A DNA stretch of 25,076 nt from Microcoleaceae cyanobacterium (GCA_051652765.1 JBOFUV010000024.1:1-25076); one strand, 5' to 3'; numbered from the stretch's first letter, positions 1 through 10,241 are shown. Notes: generated from the letters alone by a model not told the origin. Program-made: numbers and translations.

Positions 1-984
1 TCCCCCAAAAAAACAAATCTTCAGAGATTGCAGCCCAACGTTCTGCAGAATTGGCTCAAAGGTTGGGTGATTCAGGGTTTAAACACTCTGATTTTTTGTT
101 TGGAAAAAACTGTTCAGCAATTGGAATCAGGCTCTTCGGCGGCAGGACAAAGGAGGTTCTTGCCTAAATTTTGGAACTTTAAATCAATTTTAATAGCAGG
201 GATTGTGATGTCGTTAGTTTTGATTTTTAGTACAAAAACGGGACTTTTCTCTAATTCTAACCGGGGTGATCAAGTTTCAAAACTACTAACCTCGGAAGCA
301 CTAGGTCATACCCCTGTCTTATCTGAAGTTCAGATCAAGCCTGAATCTCAAGTTAAGCCCAAACTAGCTCCGGCAGATCTGCCCCTTTGTCAACCTGAAG
401 CCGCCCCTGAATTAATAGATAAGTTAGCAAATAATGAATTAGCAAATAATGAATTAGATAGTGCTTCAAATAACACTTCAAATAACACTTCAAATTATGC
501 CTTGAAGAAAGTGAGTGAAATACCAGAAAATAACTCCTTAAATGCCAATGAGCAAGGGATAGACATCCCAGCCGATCAACCTGAAAATATTATTCTAGTT
601 CCGGCTGAAATTGTGGCGATCGCGCCCCCTGAAGTTGTAGCACTGACAGAAGCTGTTGTCACTCAACTCAATTTAGAGCAACAATTGCTAAACTCAATTC
701 AAGCTCAGGTTGCCAAAAAATTTAGTCTTTCGGGTAATCAAATCATTCTCTCAGTTCAAGCTGGATTTTTAGAAAGTTTGCTCCAAGTCAAACTGAGTTC
801 TCAGTGGTATCAGTTGACTGAAGACAAACAAAATCAGCTAATTAAAGAACTTTGGAAACAGGCACAAAAATCGGATTTCACCAAATTAGCAGTAATGAAT
901 CCACAGGATAAATTAATTGCTCGAAATCCAATGGTTGGATCAGAAATAATTATTTTAGAACGAAAAATTGATGAGACATTATGA
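1..984 (+). CDS. Hypothetical membrane-anchored protein (cyanobacterial type), probably 5'-truncated by the window edge
   Basis: Frame is open from base 1 through the TTG at 28. One hydrophobic helix ([15 protein letters not shown]), a low-complexity N/S/E/P linker and a compact C-terminal domain (W..L....Q..L...LW.....F..L......LIARNPMVG). Stop overlaps the selO start (ATGA). Confidence 0.7.
   Translation, partial: SPKKTNLQRLQPNVLQNWLKGWVIQGLNTLIFCLEKTVQQLESGSSAAGQRRFLPKFWNFKSILIAGIVMSLVLIFSTKTGLFSNSNRGDQVSKLLTSEALGHTPVLSEVQIKPESQVKPKLAPADLPLCQPEAAPELIDKLANNELANNELDSASNNTSNNTSNYALKKVSEIPENNSLNANEQGIDIPADQPENIILVPAEIVAIAPPEVVALTEAVVTQLNLEQQLLNSIQAQVAKKFSLSGNQIILSVQAGFLESLLQVKLSSQWYQLTEDKQNQLIKELWKQAQKSDFTKLAVMNPQDKLIARNPMVGSEIIILERKIDETL
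424..494 (+). repeat. In-frame tandem duplications: 15-bp TTAGCAAATAATGAA x2 and 12-bp CTTCAAATAACA x~2.5
   Basis: Directly visible; they encode [10 protein letters not shown] and [10 protein letters not shown]. Confidence 0.8.
616..623. repeat. HIP1 octamer GCGATCGC (first of at least 12; others start at 2659, 3849, 5113, 5926, 6973, 7063, 10785, 14429, 15262, 19830, 22706)
   Basis: Counted by eye. Well under one copy is expected by chance in 25 kb; HIP1 enrichment is an established cyanobacterial signature. Confidence 0.9.
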
Positions 985-2408
985 CAAATCCTTTCTTATT
1001 TCTCGATTATGAACCTGCATTTGAAGCTCTCGGCCAAGAGTACTACGATGAAGTGAAAGCGGCTGAATTTCCCCTGAATATTTTGCGGTTTCGGAATGAT
1101 TCTGTTTTAACTCAACTAGAACTCAATTCCGCAGCCGTAACTGACGATCATTTTATTGAAGCCTTTGGTCGGTTTGAAAGTGTACGGCCATTGTTGGCCA
1201 TGGGTTATCACGGTCATCAATTTGGCGAATACAATCCATATCTCGGAGACGGTCGGGGCTTTCTCTATGGTCAAGTTCGGGGAACGGATGGAAAACTGTA
1301 TGACTTTGGTACAAAAGGTTCAGGCCGAACCCCCTATTCTCGCCATGCTGACGGTAGACTCACCCTCAAGGGGGGAGTAAGAGAGGTTTTAGCAGGAGAA
1401 GCCCTCCATCGTTTAGGGGTTCAAACGTCTCGCTGTTTGAGTTTAATTGAAACTGGAGAACAACTCTGGCGCGGTGACGAACCCTCTCCGACTCGTTCCT
1501 CTGTAATGGTGCGATTTAGTCATTCTCACATTCGGTTTGGAACCTTCGAGCGATTGTATTATTTAGGGCGCAAAGACTTAGTTGAACAACTTCTAGATCA
1601 CGTTATTTTCTACTACTATCCTCACTTAAGTTCCGAGAAAGATCGCTATATTTTGTTCTATCAAGACCTTGTTCAACGCATTGCCAAACTAGCTGCACAA
1701 TGGGTTGCTGTAGGTTTCTGTCATGGGGTTTTGAATACAGATAATATGTCAATTACGGGGGAAAGTTTTGATTACGGCCCCTATGCTTTTATTACGAACT
1801 ATAATCCTCAATTTACAGCCGCTTATTTTGATTACGGTGGGAGATATTGTTATGGCAATCAACCTCTGATTTGTAAGCTGAATTTGGAGATGTTGCAACG
1901 ACCTCTGTCAATGTTAATTGACCCCCAAGCCTTGCAAGCTAGCCTGGAACAATTTGAAGAAAGTTACTATGTTGCCTATCGAAAATTAATCATGAACCGT
2001 TTAGGGTTTGCAGAGGTTCCTGACTTAGAAGCCGATGAATTATTGAAGTCAACGATTAACCTCTTAAAAAATCATGAAGTTGGATACAATGAATTTTTTA
2101 TGGCCTTACGACAACAATTTTGCTGGGATTGGCGAGATCAACCCCAAAAAATCCTCAGCCAAACCGAAGGACTGGGAACCTTTGAAGGATGGCAACCTTC
2201 ACATTTAGAACCATGGCAAAGTCTCTACTTTCATCAGCTTCAAGGCGTATCGTTTGATGAAATGCAACCCATTAAAGAACAGTTAAAACGATCTAATCCC
2301 ACTACGATTCTACTCCGACCCAAGATCGAAGCCATCTGGGAATCTATTGCAAATGAGGATAACTGGGAACCATTTGATTCACTTGTAGAACAACTCAAAG
2401 CAGAATAG
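981..2408 (+). CDS. selO: YdiU/SelO family protein adenylyltransferase
   Basis: Motifs [58 protein letters not shown]. Confidence 0.95.
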   Translation: MTNPFLFLDYEPAFEALGQEYYDEVKAAEFPLNILRFRNDSVLTQLELNSAAVTDDHFIEAFGRFESVRPLLAMGYHGHQFGEYNPYLGDGRGFLYGQVRGTDGKLYDFGTKGSGRTPYSRHADGRLTLKGGVREVLAGEALHRLGVQTSRCLSLIETGEQLWRGDEPSPTRSSVMVRFSHSHIRFGTFERLYYLGRKDLVEQLLDHVIFYYYPHLSSEKDRYILFYQDLVQRIAKLAAQWVAVGFCHGVLNTDNMSITGESFDYGPYAFITNYNPQFTAAYFDYGGRYCYGNQPLICKLNLEMLQRPLSMLIDPQALQASLEQFEESYYVAYRKLIMNRLGFAEVPDLEADELLKSTINLLKNHEVGYNEFFMALRQQFCWDWRDQPQKILSQTEGLGTFEGWQPSHLEPWQSLYFHQLQGVSFDEMQPIKEQLKRSNPTTILLRPKIEAIWESIANEDNWEPFDSLVEQLKAE

Positions 2409-2538
2409 CTTTAGGCTTTAGGACTCAACTTTGCCCCAACTTCATCCCAACTTTTCCAGCCTTTCTGTCATCCTTTTAGAATAGTGACGCTTTCTTCATC
2501 AGATCAACCTTCAGCTATCTGATCAAGATGCTCTAGTT

Positions 2539-4092
2539 TTAGGATGGCTCAGTTAGGCTCAAGATGATGTCAAACCGAAAATTTTCGACCAGAGCCATCA
2601 GTAATGTTGCAGTCTCAGTATATTCGGGAGGAATTTGCTCAACCAGTTCACGCAGCAGGCGATCGCTACATTGAGCTGCTCCTCTGTGCAGCTCTTGCAG
2701 CCAACTTGCAGGCATGATGGCCAAACTTTCTCGATTCAATTCAACCACGGTAGGCTGGGTGGAATATCTTGTTTCTGTTAGAGACGTTGGGGGCTGAGGC
2801 TGAGTTTCTGAACCCACTCCATGGGCAGAAAAGTCAAAACAGTTTTGAACCGGGAGAGTGAAACTCAAGCTAAATGCTTCAGGGTTTGGAGTATTTGCTG
2901 CACAGCTCATCTGCAAATTTCCTCCCATTAAGTGCACCAAATCATAACTGATCATTAACCCTGCAGCTTTACCATCCGTTGCATATTTTGCTTGGGAGAG
3001 ATCCACAGTACTCAGTAAGTTTCTAATGCTAGCCGGTAAATTTCTCACTCCTACACTTTCAATCAAGAATTCAATCAAGAACCCTTGGTTGTAATTCTCT
3101 GGGAGTGGCTGCTGACTACAACTAAGGTTCTGTTGTTGTCTAACATTCACGGTGACAGCGCCCTGATGAGTCAGTTGAATCATATTTCCAACAAGCTGGA
3201 GTAACACATAACGCAGTTGCCGATCATCCACCTGAATACACTCCGGTAGTTCGGGATCGAGTTGAAACGTTAATGCAATGCCTCTCAAGCTGGCTTCTGG
3301 CTCTAAAATATCTTGAACAAACTGAAACAACGGCGGCAAAAAGCACTGATGTTCTTCTGCTGCTATGTATTTGGCGCTAAGCTGAGACACAGCTAGGAGA
3401 TCATTGATCAACGTTAGAAGTTGCTCTCCACTCTGACGAATCTGGGCTAAATTTTTTCGTTGTTCTCCAGTCAGAATAGACTCAGCTAATAAAATTTGAC
3501 TGAATCCAAGAATGGAATTAAGAGGAGTTCGAAGTTCATGGCTAATAAATGTCAGAAAGTTGCTTTTGGTTTGATTTGCCAAATCAGCACTTTGCTTGAC
3601 GGTCTTCAGCTCAAGGGCTTGATCTATAACTTGTTGCTCTAAATCAGTATTTAAATAATATAAAACCTGATTTTGTTCCGTGATTTTTTTTGCTTGTGAG
3701 TAATTTTTAAGAGCATCCTGAACTGCAGAAACTAACGTTGCTTCCTGCCACGGTTTGCTGATGTAGCGATATAAATTAGCATCATTAATAGCCTGACCCA
3801 CCTCTTCTACACTCGCCTGTCCAGTCAACATGATTTGTAAGGTTTGGGGCGATCGCAGATAAACCTGGATCAAAAATTCTACCCCTTTCATTCCAGGCAT
3901 AATTTGATCTGAAATAATCAAGGGAATCTCGATGCCAGCACTTTGAAGTTCTTCAAATATTTGCAGAGCTTCTTCTGCTGTTTCTGCAATTTCAATAGAG
4001 TATTCCTGCCCAAAGTTGCGCCTGAGGGAATCTCTCAGAGAATTGAGCAGAAAAATTTCATCATCCACACAGATAATACTAGGGTGTTGCAT
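2539..4092 (-). CDS. Hybrid response regulator/histidine kinase-like protein (Rec-HisKA-degenerate HATPase_c)
   Basis: Receiver motifs IICVDDE, ISDQIMPGMKG, MLTG, YISKPW; H-box FISHELRTPLNSILGFSQIL; eroded N/G boxes. ATG at 4092 preferred because the receiver begins right after it; the ORF extends to 4152. Confidence 0.85.
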   Translation of the reverse strand: MQHPSIICVDDEIFLLNSLRDSLRRNFGQEYSIEIAETAEEALQIFEELQSAGIEIPLIISDQIMPGMKGVEFLIQVYLRSPQTLQIMLTGQASVEEVGQAINDANLYRYISKPWQEATLVSAVQDALKNYSQAKKITEQNQVLYYLNTDLEQQVIDQALELKTVKQSADLANQTKSNFLTFISHELRTPLNSILGFSQILLAESILTGEQRKNLAQIRQSGEQLLTLINDLLAVSQLSAKYIAAEEHQCFLPPLFQFVQDILEPEASLRGIALTFQLDPELPECIQVDDRQLRYVLLQLVGNMIQLTHQGAVTVNVRQQQNLSCSQQPLPENYNQGFLIEFLIESVGVRNLPASIRNLLSTVDLSQAKYATDGKAAGLMISYDLVHLMGGNLQMSCAANTPNPEAFSLSFTLPVQNCFDFSAHGVGSETQPQPPTSLTETRYSTQPTVVELNRESLAIMPASWLQELHRGAAQCSDRLLRELVEQIPPEYTETATLLMALVENFRFDIILSLTEPS

Positions 4093-4837
4093 TAATACTC
4101 GTTGCCCCTGGCTGCCCAATATCCTCTTCAACTGATTAATCATCTTTGCCAACTCAATACTTGTCGAAACTGACTGTTGAAACTAACTATCGAAACAGGT
4201 CGAGCTATGACTTAGATCACAGACACTTCCTTTAAAATCGGTTTTTAAATACTCAACTATTAAAGGTTAAGCTAAACTCACTACCTGGGTTTGGATTTAA
4301 GCACTAGTTTAAACGTCTAAAGTGCAGAATATTACAATCTAGCCAAATCCTCCGTCGGCTATTAGTATCTACGAACAACTTTGCCAATTTCCGTAATCTC
4401 TAGTCTAAATGTTTCAAAACTTATCCCAGAGGCCAGGGTTAAAAACAGCAGTTCGACAACAGTATTGATAGTGGAGGGATTTTAGCCACAAGTCGGGTTA
4501 TGGGTTGCTTCTGCGTAGAAATACGATATCAAACCCAACCCAGACTACACCACACTCAAAGCCAACTTACGAGTTTTCAATAGAATTCAATAGAAGTTTT
4601 TAAAGTGCTTCGGAGTCTTCAGAGCCGATCAGCAGCCTCACACTAAAATTTCACAATTTAAATCAGATTACTGGGAGTTTCTAGCCTCTAGATTCAGCAG
4701 GGACGAGGGCATCCTGTGATCGGACAAAGATTCAGGCGATTAAATGCCGATTCAAGTTAAGAAAGACGATCTGAAGTTGAAGCTTACACTTATAATCAAA
4801 GCATAAAATTTCTTAAGTCGCTCAGGAAACTAATGCA

Positions 4838-5155
4838 ATGGTGGTTAAGAAAACCTTTAGCAGCTTTCACGAATTACTCAACGGTTCTGATGTTCCGGTT
4901 CTGGTTGATTTCTATGCCACTTGGTGTGGCCCTTGTCAAATGATGACTCCGATTTTAGAACAAGTCAACCAGGAAATGAAGCAACGCCTGAAGATTGTCA
5001 AAATCGATACTGATAAATATCCTACGATTGCGTCCCAATATCGGATTGAAGCATTACCCACTTTGGTTCTCTTCAAGCAAGGTCAGCCAGTTGATCGAAT
5101 TGAAGGAGTCATGCGATCGCCCGAGTTAATTAAACATTTGTACGGCTTGCTCTAG
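4838..5155 (+). CDS. Thioredoxin (probably y-type/TrxQ-like)
   Basis: VLVDFYATWCGPC active site, KIDTDKYP and IEALPTL; 105 aa. Confidence 0.93.
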   Translation: MVVKKTFSSFHELLNGSDVPVLVDFYATWCGPCQMMTPILEQVNQEMKQRLKIVKIDTDKYPTIASQYRIEALPTLVLFKQGQPVDRIEGVMRSPELIKHLYGLL

Positions 5156-5197
5156 GGTACTGTAAACACTTCCAGCCCTGGGATGCTAAATTTAATT

Positions 5198-5249
5198 AAC
5201 TGTTTTGGGAAACTGTTTTGGGAAACTGTTTTGGGAAACTGTTTTGGGA
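5198..5249. repeat. Perfect 13-bp tandem repeat AACTGTTTTGGGA x4
   Basis: Four exact head-to-tail copies between the convergent trx and SDR stops. Confidence 0.95.
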
Positions 5250-5272
5250 AGTGGAACATCCCGATTTTTACC

Positions 5273-6067
5273 CTAACGTTTTTTAAATAGAAACTGGATC
5301 AATCCAGGAAATAATCGATGGGCTTCTGTTGCAAATAATGCAGGCCCAACAACAACTTCAGGTTGCTGCTTCCTGACGACATCCCAAATGGCATTTGCAA
5401 TATCCTCGGGCTGGCTCACAATTGCAGATTTCAAGGCAGCATTCATTTGTTGGCGCTGTTGTTCCAGTTCTGATTCATGATTCCCTCGAAACTGGGCTCG
5501 TTCCAGAAAGTTGCTGTTGATAATCCCTGGATGAACCGCGCAAACATGAATCCCTTTGCCCGCCAATTCTAAACGGAGTGTTTCCGTCAGTCCAGTGACA
5601 GCGTATTTACTGGTACAATAAGCGGTCATTCCAGGCAGGGGCATCTTGCCACCAAAGGAGCCCACATTCACAATCGTGCCAGATTTTTGCTGGAGGAAAT
5701 GGGGGAGAATTGCCTGAATGGTGTGGATATATCCCCAGAGGTTAGTATTAAGAATTTGTTGCCAATCTTCCAGGGTTGTCTTTTCGATTGGCCCTGTTAA
5801 ACAGATGCCTGCATTATTTACTAAAACGTCAATGCTTCCACAAAATTCTAAGGATCGATCCACTAACGTTTGAACCTGTTGCATGTTCCCGACATCGGTT
5901 GAAATTGCTAGGGCCGAAACTCCGAGCGATCGCACCTCTTCTGCAGTTTGTTCTAGCCGATCAGGTTGACGAGCGGCCAAGACAACGTTATAGCCTTGGC
6001 GGGCAAACAACAGAGCGGTTGCTCGGCCACTACCCTGGGAGGCTCCCGTAATCAAAACTGTGTTCAT
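5273..6067 (-). CDS. Short-chain dehydrogenase/reductase (SDR)
   Basis: TGASQGSG Rossmann motif, NNAG and catalytic YCTSK. Confidence 0.93.
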   Translation of the reverse strand: MNTVLITGASQGSGRATALLFARQGYNVVLAARQPDRLEQTAEEVRSLGVSALAISTDVGNMQQVQTLVDRSLEFCGSIDVLVNNAGICLTGPIEKTTLEDWQQILNTNLWGYIHTIQAILPHFLQQKSGTIVNVGSFGGKMPLPGMTAYCTSKYAVTGLTETLRLELAGKGIHVCAVHPGIINSNFLERAQFRGNHESELEQQRQQMNAALKSAIVSQPEDIANAIWDVVRKQQPEVVVGPALFATEAHRLFPGLIQFLFKKR

Positions 6068-6069
6068 GC

Positions 6070-6618
6070 TTAAGATTTCAGTTGTCCTAGGGCTGTCAAC
6101 AAGGTCTCAACGCTCGCATTATGATCAAAAAAAGAGAACAAATGCTTGTACTGCAATACTCCTCGTCTATCCAATACAAATTGGCCGGGTAAGGGTGCAC
6201 CCAAGGCTTGGCCAAGAGCATGTATTCTGAAGATTCCACAGCTTGAATCACTGAGCAAAGGCATCTTTAGCCCTAAGTCCCGCACAACAATTCGACTCTG
6301 GCGTTCATCTGTGCTAGTAATCATCAAAAGTTCTGCTCCCCACCGCACAAATGCCTCATAACTGTTGTTGAGTGCTTTAATGTGGGGATAGCAAAATGGA
6401 CAATATTGCTTTTCCGTAAAAATTCGAGTAAAGGCCAAAACGACAGGGCGATCATTTCGGTAGCTGGATAAACGAATCGGTTGCCCACTGGTGACATCAA
6501 GCAACTCAAAGTCAGGAGTTCTCCGCCCAATTTGAAAGGTATTAGTCGCTGGAATAGGCAGAAGGGTTTGAAAAAAACGGCGATTCAGCAAGCCGCTAAA
6601 ATCATTTGAGGTCAGCAT
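6070..6618 (-). CDS. AhpC/TSA-family peroxiredoxin-like protein with CxxC
   Basis: PDFEL.D..G..I.LS.Y, YCPFC, PLLSD; lies directly downstream of the 2-Cys Prx, like Anabaena alr4641-alr4642. Confidence 0.85.
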   Translation of the reverse strand: MLTSNDFSGLLNRRFFQTLLPIPATNTFQIGRRTPDFELLDVTSGQPIRLSSYRNDRPVVLAFTRIFTEKQYCPFCYPHIKALNNSYEAFVRWGAELLMITSTDERQSRIVVRDLGLKMPLLSDSSCGIFRIHALGQALGAPLPGQFVLDRRGVLQYKHLFSFFDHNASVETLLTALGQLKS

Positions 6619-6648
6619 AAATCCCCTGTTTAGACTCTAATTCGGACT

Positions 6649-7245
6649 TTATACTGCTGTAAAGAATTCTTTGGACTTGACTGGATCAGGGATCATGGTC
6701 TTATCTCCAGGTTGCCAGCCCACAGGACAAACCTCGTCAGGATTTGCTTGAACGTACTGAATCGCTTGCAGTATTCGCAGGATCTCATCAACATTTCGAC
6801 CAAATGCTAAGTTATTGATGGTTGCGTGCTGAATCATCCCCTCCTTGTCAATGATAAACAAGCCCCGCAGGGCAACCCCAGCCTCTGGATCAAGAATATT
6901 ATAGGCGGAACTAATTTCTTTCTTCAGGTCAGACACTAACGGATAAGCCAAGTCCCCAACCCCTCCTTGTTTGCGATCGCTTTGAATCCAAGCCAAGTGG
7001 GAAAATTCACTGTCAACTGAAATGCCCAGAATTTGAGTATTGAGTTTGGTAAATTCTTCAGCGCGATCGCTAAAAGCTGCAACCTCAGTCGGGCAAACAA
7101 AGGTGAAGTCTAGAGGATAGAAAAATAGCACAACATACTTGCCTCTGTAGTCAGAGAGTTTGATGGTTTTAAACTCTTGATCAACAACCGCAGTTGCCGT
7201 AAAGTCAGGGGCAGGCAGGCCAACGCGAATACATTCATCTGTCAT
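6649..7245 (-). CDS. 2-Cys peroxiredoxin (AhpC/Prx1 family)
   Basis: [14 protein letters not shown] peroxidatic motif, GGVG, GRNVDE, EVCP resolving Cys. Confidence 0.96.
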   Translation of the reverse strand: MTDECIRVGLPAPDFTATAVVDQEFKTIKLSDYRGKYVVLFFYPLDFTFVCPTEVAAFSDRAEEFTKLNTQILGISVDSEFSHLAWIQSDRKQGGVGDLAYPLVSDLKKEISSAYNILDPEAGVALRGLFIIDKEGMIQHATINNLAFGRNVDEILRILQAIQYVQANPDEVCPVGWQPGDKTMIPDPVKSKEFFTAV

Positions 7246-7330
7246 CGCTCTTGTTTTTCCTCATCTCAGTGCTGAACCGTTCCTGCTGTGCTGCAAACAT
7301 TGGACAAGCTAGGTCAGGAAATCAGGTTAA

Positions 7331-7357
7331 TTTACGAATCGTTACAGGTATATCATA
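7331..7357 (-). promoter_or_regulatory. Putative -10 (TATGAT) plus HLR1-like RpaB direct repeat upstream of the peroxiredoxin
   Basis: + strand TTTACGAA-TC-GTTACAGG (7331-7348) resembles (G/T)TTACA(T/A)(T/A)-N2 repeats; ATCATA at 7352-7357 reads TATGAT on the minus strand. Confidence 0.45.
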
Positions 7358-7528
7358 CTCGAACAAAGCAAAGCCAGACTCAACCGGGGGAATCCTGTAG
7401 CAGGTCGAAAACTAAATTTGATTAAAAGTTTCAATACAAGATCTTAAACCCCATTAATATCAAGGGTTAACGCGGGCATTTTAAAATTTGGCCTGGAAAA
7501 ACTGGCCCGAAAAAAGTTGGCTTAAGAA

Positions 7529-7601
7529 TGGCTCCGGCTGGATTTGAACCTGCGACCTTGGGCTTATGAGTCCCCTGCTCTAACCACTGAGCTACGGAGC
7601 C
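7529..7601 (-). tRNA. tRNA-Met (CAT), elongator type; CCA not encoded
   Basis: Reverse complement GGCTCCGTAGCTCAGTGGTTAGAGCAGGGGACTCATAAGCCCAAGGTCGCAGGTTCAAATCCAGCCGGAGCCA folds as a cloverleaf. Paired G1-C72 argues against an initiator; Ile2 is not formally excluded. Confidence 0.92.
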
Positions 7602-7774
7602 AAAATTACTTACAATTTATTACTGTAACACATCATTGACCAATCAAAGAAAGTTCACCTGAACTATTCGGCAATCACAAGGCCCACTACTAAAAGCAAT
7701 CCTACAGCTATTTTTGTCTGTTTAGGCCCCATTCTCAATTTCGTTTGGGGTCTATTCTCTGAAAATTGCTGTAA

Positions 7775-7800
7775 AGCCAACTTTTAGCCAACTTTTAGCC
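7775..7800. repeat. 11-bp tandem duplication AGCCAACTTTT x2.4
   Basis: Directly visible. Confidence 0.8.
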
Positions 7801-7819
7801 CCAGGCTCTCATAAGAACT

Positions 7820-7844
7820 TCTCGTAGAGAAAATCCCTACGAGA
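7820..7844 (-). terminator. Hairpin downstream of the M23 peptidase gene (possible terminator or stability element)
   Basis: TCTCGTAG / CTACGAGA 8-bp inverted repeat with a 9-nt loop, about 30 nt after the stop; no clean U-tract. Confidence 0.45.
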
Positions 7845-7871
7845 GCTTAGAACACCTCTTGATCAGCCTAA

Positions 7872-9875
7872 TTAGTAAGCTTGAACACTGGTAGAGCCCC
7901 TGGGTAGGAGAGCCATTGGGTCAACGGCACCTTGATCCTTCGGATAGACCTCAAAATGCAAGTGAGGGCCTGTACTACGTCCAGTGCTGCCCATATCAGA
8001 GATGTGCTGACCTTGAACCACTTTCTGACCTTTATTAACGATAATTCGATCATTGTGGGCATATAGGGTGAGACTGCCATCACTGTGTTCGATTTCAACC
8101 AGATAGCCGTAACCCCCATCATTCCAACTTGCATGGGTGACAACCCCTGATGCAGCCGCAACAATTGGAGTTCCAATTGGCCCAGCGATGTCAATTCCTT
8201 TGTGCATTCGTCCCCAGCGCCAACCGTAGCCTGAAGTTAAGATCCCTTTGGAAGGCCAGATATAGCCATTAAACCGAGTTGAACTACCGGGTAGATAGGA
8301 ATCTGGCCCTAACATTGGGGGCAAATCTGGGGAAACAATCCGACCTAGAGCAGGATGCTTGAGAGGATCATATCCACCAGAACCCATCGGTGCAGTGGCA
8401 ACAACTGATTCCTTAGGCGCTAAAGCAACTACTGTAGAAGCTGTATCAGCACTTTGGGCTGACTCTGAGTGGGCGAGTTCATAAAAGGATTTGGGAGGAT
8501 GCCCCTTATCTGCTGCTGCAATTTTCTGCTGAGTATAAGCATCCGGATTAAACTCTGGATTAATCCGCTGTACCGGTTGAACAGCAACTTCGGCGGCTGA
8601 GTTTAGACCTTCCTGAGGCTGAGGGTTAGTGCCATTGGTCTGAGCAACTGGCACAAGCTGTTCTAGCTTTTGAGCCTTGTACTCAGCTCGCAGCCGAGTC
8701 ACCTCAGCTCTCAACCGATCCGTATACAGGCTCGTTGCCGAACTGCTATTGACCACACTAGCTTGCTCAGGTTGGTCTTGTAACCCCGCGAGAGTAACAG
8801 GCTTGTAAACTTGTAGCTTAGAATTAGCAACTAACGACTGCTGAGGGATCACAGGAGCCACTTCAGCAAGACCCTCTTTGTCCAGCTTCTGCATCTGAGC
8901 TAACTGATTCAAAGCAATCTCTGTCTGGAAGGACGAAGAACTTCCTTGAAAATTGGTAAATTCAGCAAACTTGGCCCCTTCAGATTTATATTCTGAAGTT
9001 AAAGCGGCAGAGGGTTGAGGAACCTTCAGTTTCTGATCAATTTCAATTAAATTTGGGTCAGCCAAATGATTGGCTGCGGTCAATTCCTCAACGGACAAGT
9101 CGTGAGAAGCAGCAATTTGAGCAAGGGTCTCTCCAGACCTAACCTGATAGACGACTGAAACTGCTGTATCGGTTAATTCTGGTTCAATGACTACAGTTCC
9201 AGGAACCTTGGATGTAGCGTAAGGTTGCTGTACGTTTGAAAATGCTGGTTCTGTAGAGTTTGCAGAACCTAGGAAAGCTTCAGCCTCTAGACCTTGATAC
9301 AGAGAATTCGGTCTTGAATCACTAAGAGTCCCTTGAGCCTTTCCGGGCTGCTTGTCTAGGTCAAAGGTGTCCGAATTGATCAACTCCACACCTGAGTCAC
9401 TCGGCTGCGAAAAAGATTTGTTGACTCTGCCACCCTCAGACCCTAGGCCAAGGGGCTCAGTTGAAGTACTGTCGGACAAACTAGGAAGGTGCACAGCTTC
9501 CAATTCGGGATTGACGACTGATGATGCATCATACTCTTGGTTGGAGTTTGAGAGCTTGTGAAGGATTGAAGGCTGCCAGTCTCTACTTGAACGATCAAGC
9601 TCAGCAGTTTCAACCCCAAAACTTTCAGAACCGTTGGATAAATCCGAAGAATACGCAGTCGATTTCGACTCAATCGGAGGCTCTGGTGCAGCCTGACTTC
9701 CTTCTGGGAGAAAGATACCCGATACAATAGCCAAGCCCAGCATCGCGGCTGAAGCTCGAACTTTATGATTGTCATTGCCTGAAACAGCAACCTGTTTTGA
9801 GCCACCCAGCTCACTCCCCGTAGGAGTAACGTTATCTGTTGCAGACCAACTGCTATTGGGAACTGTTCCTTTCAA
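7872..9875 (-). CDS. LysM + M23 family peptidoglycan DD-metalloendopeptidase (NlpD-like)
   Basis: LysM (YQVRSGETLAQIA...N....PNLI...Q.L.VP); M23 motifs HKGID, YAHN, STGPHLHFE. TTG start preceded by an AGGAGG Shine-Dalgarno. Confidence 0.92.
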   Translation of the reverse strand: MKGTVPNSSWSATDNVTPTGSELGGSKQVAVSGNDNHKVRASAAMLGLAIVSGIFLPEGSQAAPEPPIESKSTAYSSDLSNGSESFGVETAELDRSSRDWQPSILHKLSNSNQEYDASSVVNPELEAVHLPSLSDSTSTEPLGLGSEGGRVNKSFSQPSDSGVELINSDTFDLDKQPGKAQGTLSDSRPNSLYQGLEAEAFLGSANSTEPAFSNVQQPYATSKVPGTVVIEPELTDTAVSVVYQVRSGETLAQIAASHDLSVEELTAANHLADPNLIEIDQKLKVPQPSAALTSEYKSEGAKFAEFTNFQGSSSSFQTEIALNQLAQMQKLDKEGLAEVAPVIPQQSLVANSKLQVYKPVTLAGLQDQPEQASVVNSSSATSLYTDRLRAEVTRLRAEYKAQKLEQLVPVAQTNGTNPQPQEGLNSAAEVAVQPVQRINPEFNPDAYTQQKIAAADKGHPPKSFYELAHSESAQSADTASTVVALAPKESVVATAPMGSGGYDPLKHPALGRIVSPDLPPMLGPDSYLPGSSTRFNGYIWPSKGILTSGYGWRWGRMHKGIDIAGPIGTPIVAAASGVVTHASWNDGGYGYLVEIEHSDGSLTLYAHNDRIIVNKGQKVVQGQHISDMGSTGRSTGPHLHFEVYPKDQGAVDPMALLPRGSTSVQAY

Positions 9876-10207
9876 AGAACGACCTCCTATGGAGAAGCGT
9901 TAACATGCCTAACTGTTCAATAAACCCTACAGGTGATACAGATCATACTAATGAGCTGCTTTAGATCACCGATAGGAGTATTGACTTACGTCAGGTTACC
10001 CTGCTTTTTCAATTTCGACAAGCTCCTCACTCAATCTCAGAACCCAAAACCCTTTCAGAACAGAGATTTAGAAATATCTGAGAAAACAGACTGCAACTTG
10101 TTGAAAAGAGAAGCAAGATCAGCAAAACATTAAAATTATGTGCCAGAACAGAATCTACACCAAGAGCGGAGAAAAGCACAAGCGTATTTCTGTGTGACTA
10201 AAGTACT

Positions 10208-10241
10208 AAGTCTAGTCAGATAAAGATGCCTGACTAGACTT
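10208..10241. other. Perfect 12-bp inverted repeat AAGTCTAGTCAG-N10-CTGACTAGACTT
   Basis: Directly visible in the trmL-M23 intergenic region; function unknown. Confidence 0.7.

Noticed and set aside
5198..5249. CRISPR array
   Set aside because: 13-bp units are contiguous with no spacers, and no cas genes are present.
7529..7601. Initiator tRNA-fMet
   Set aside because: Has a paired G1-C72 rather than the C1:A72 mismatch, and lacks the three G-C pairs closing the anticodon loop.
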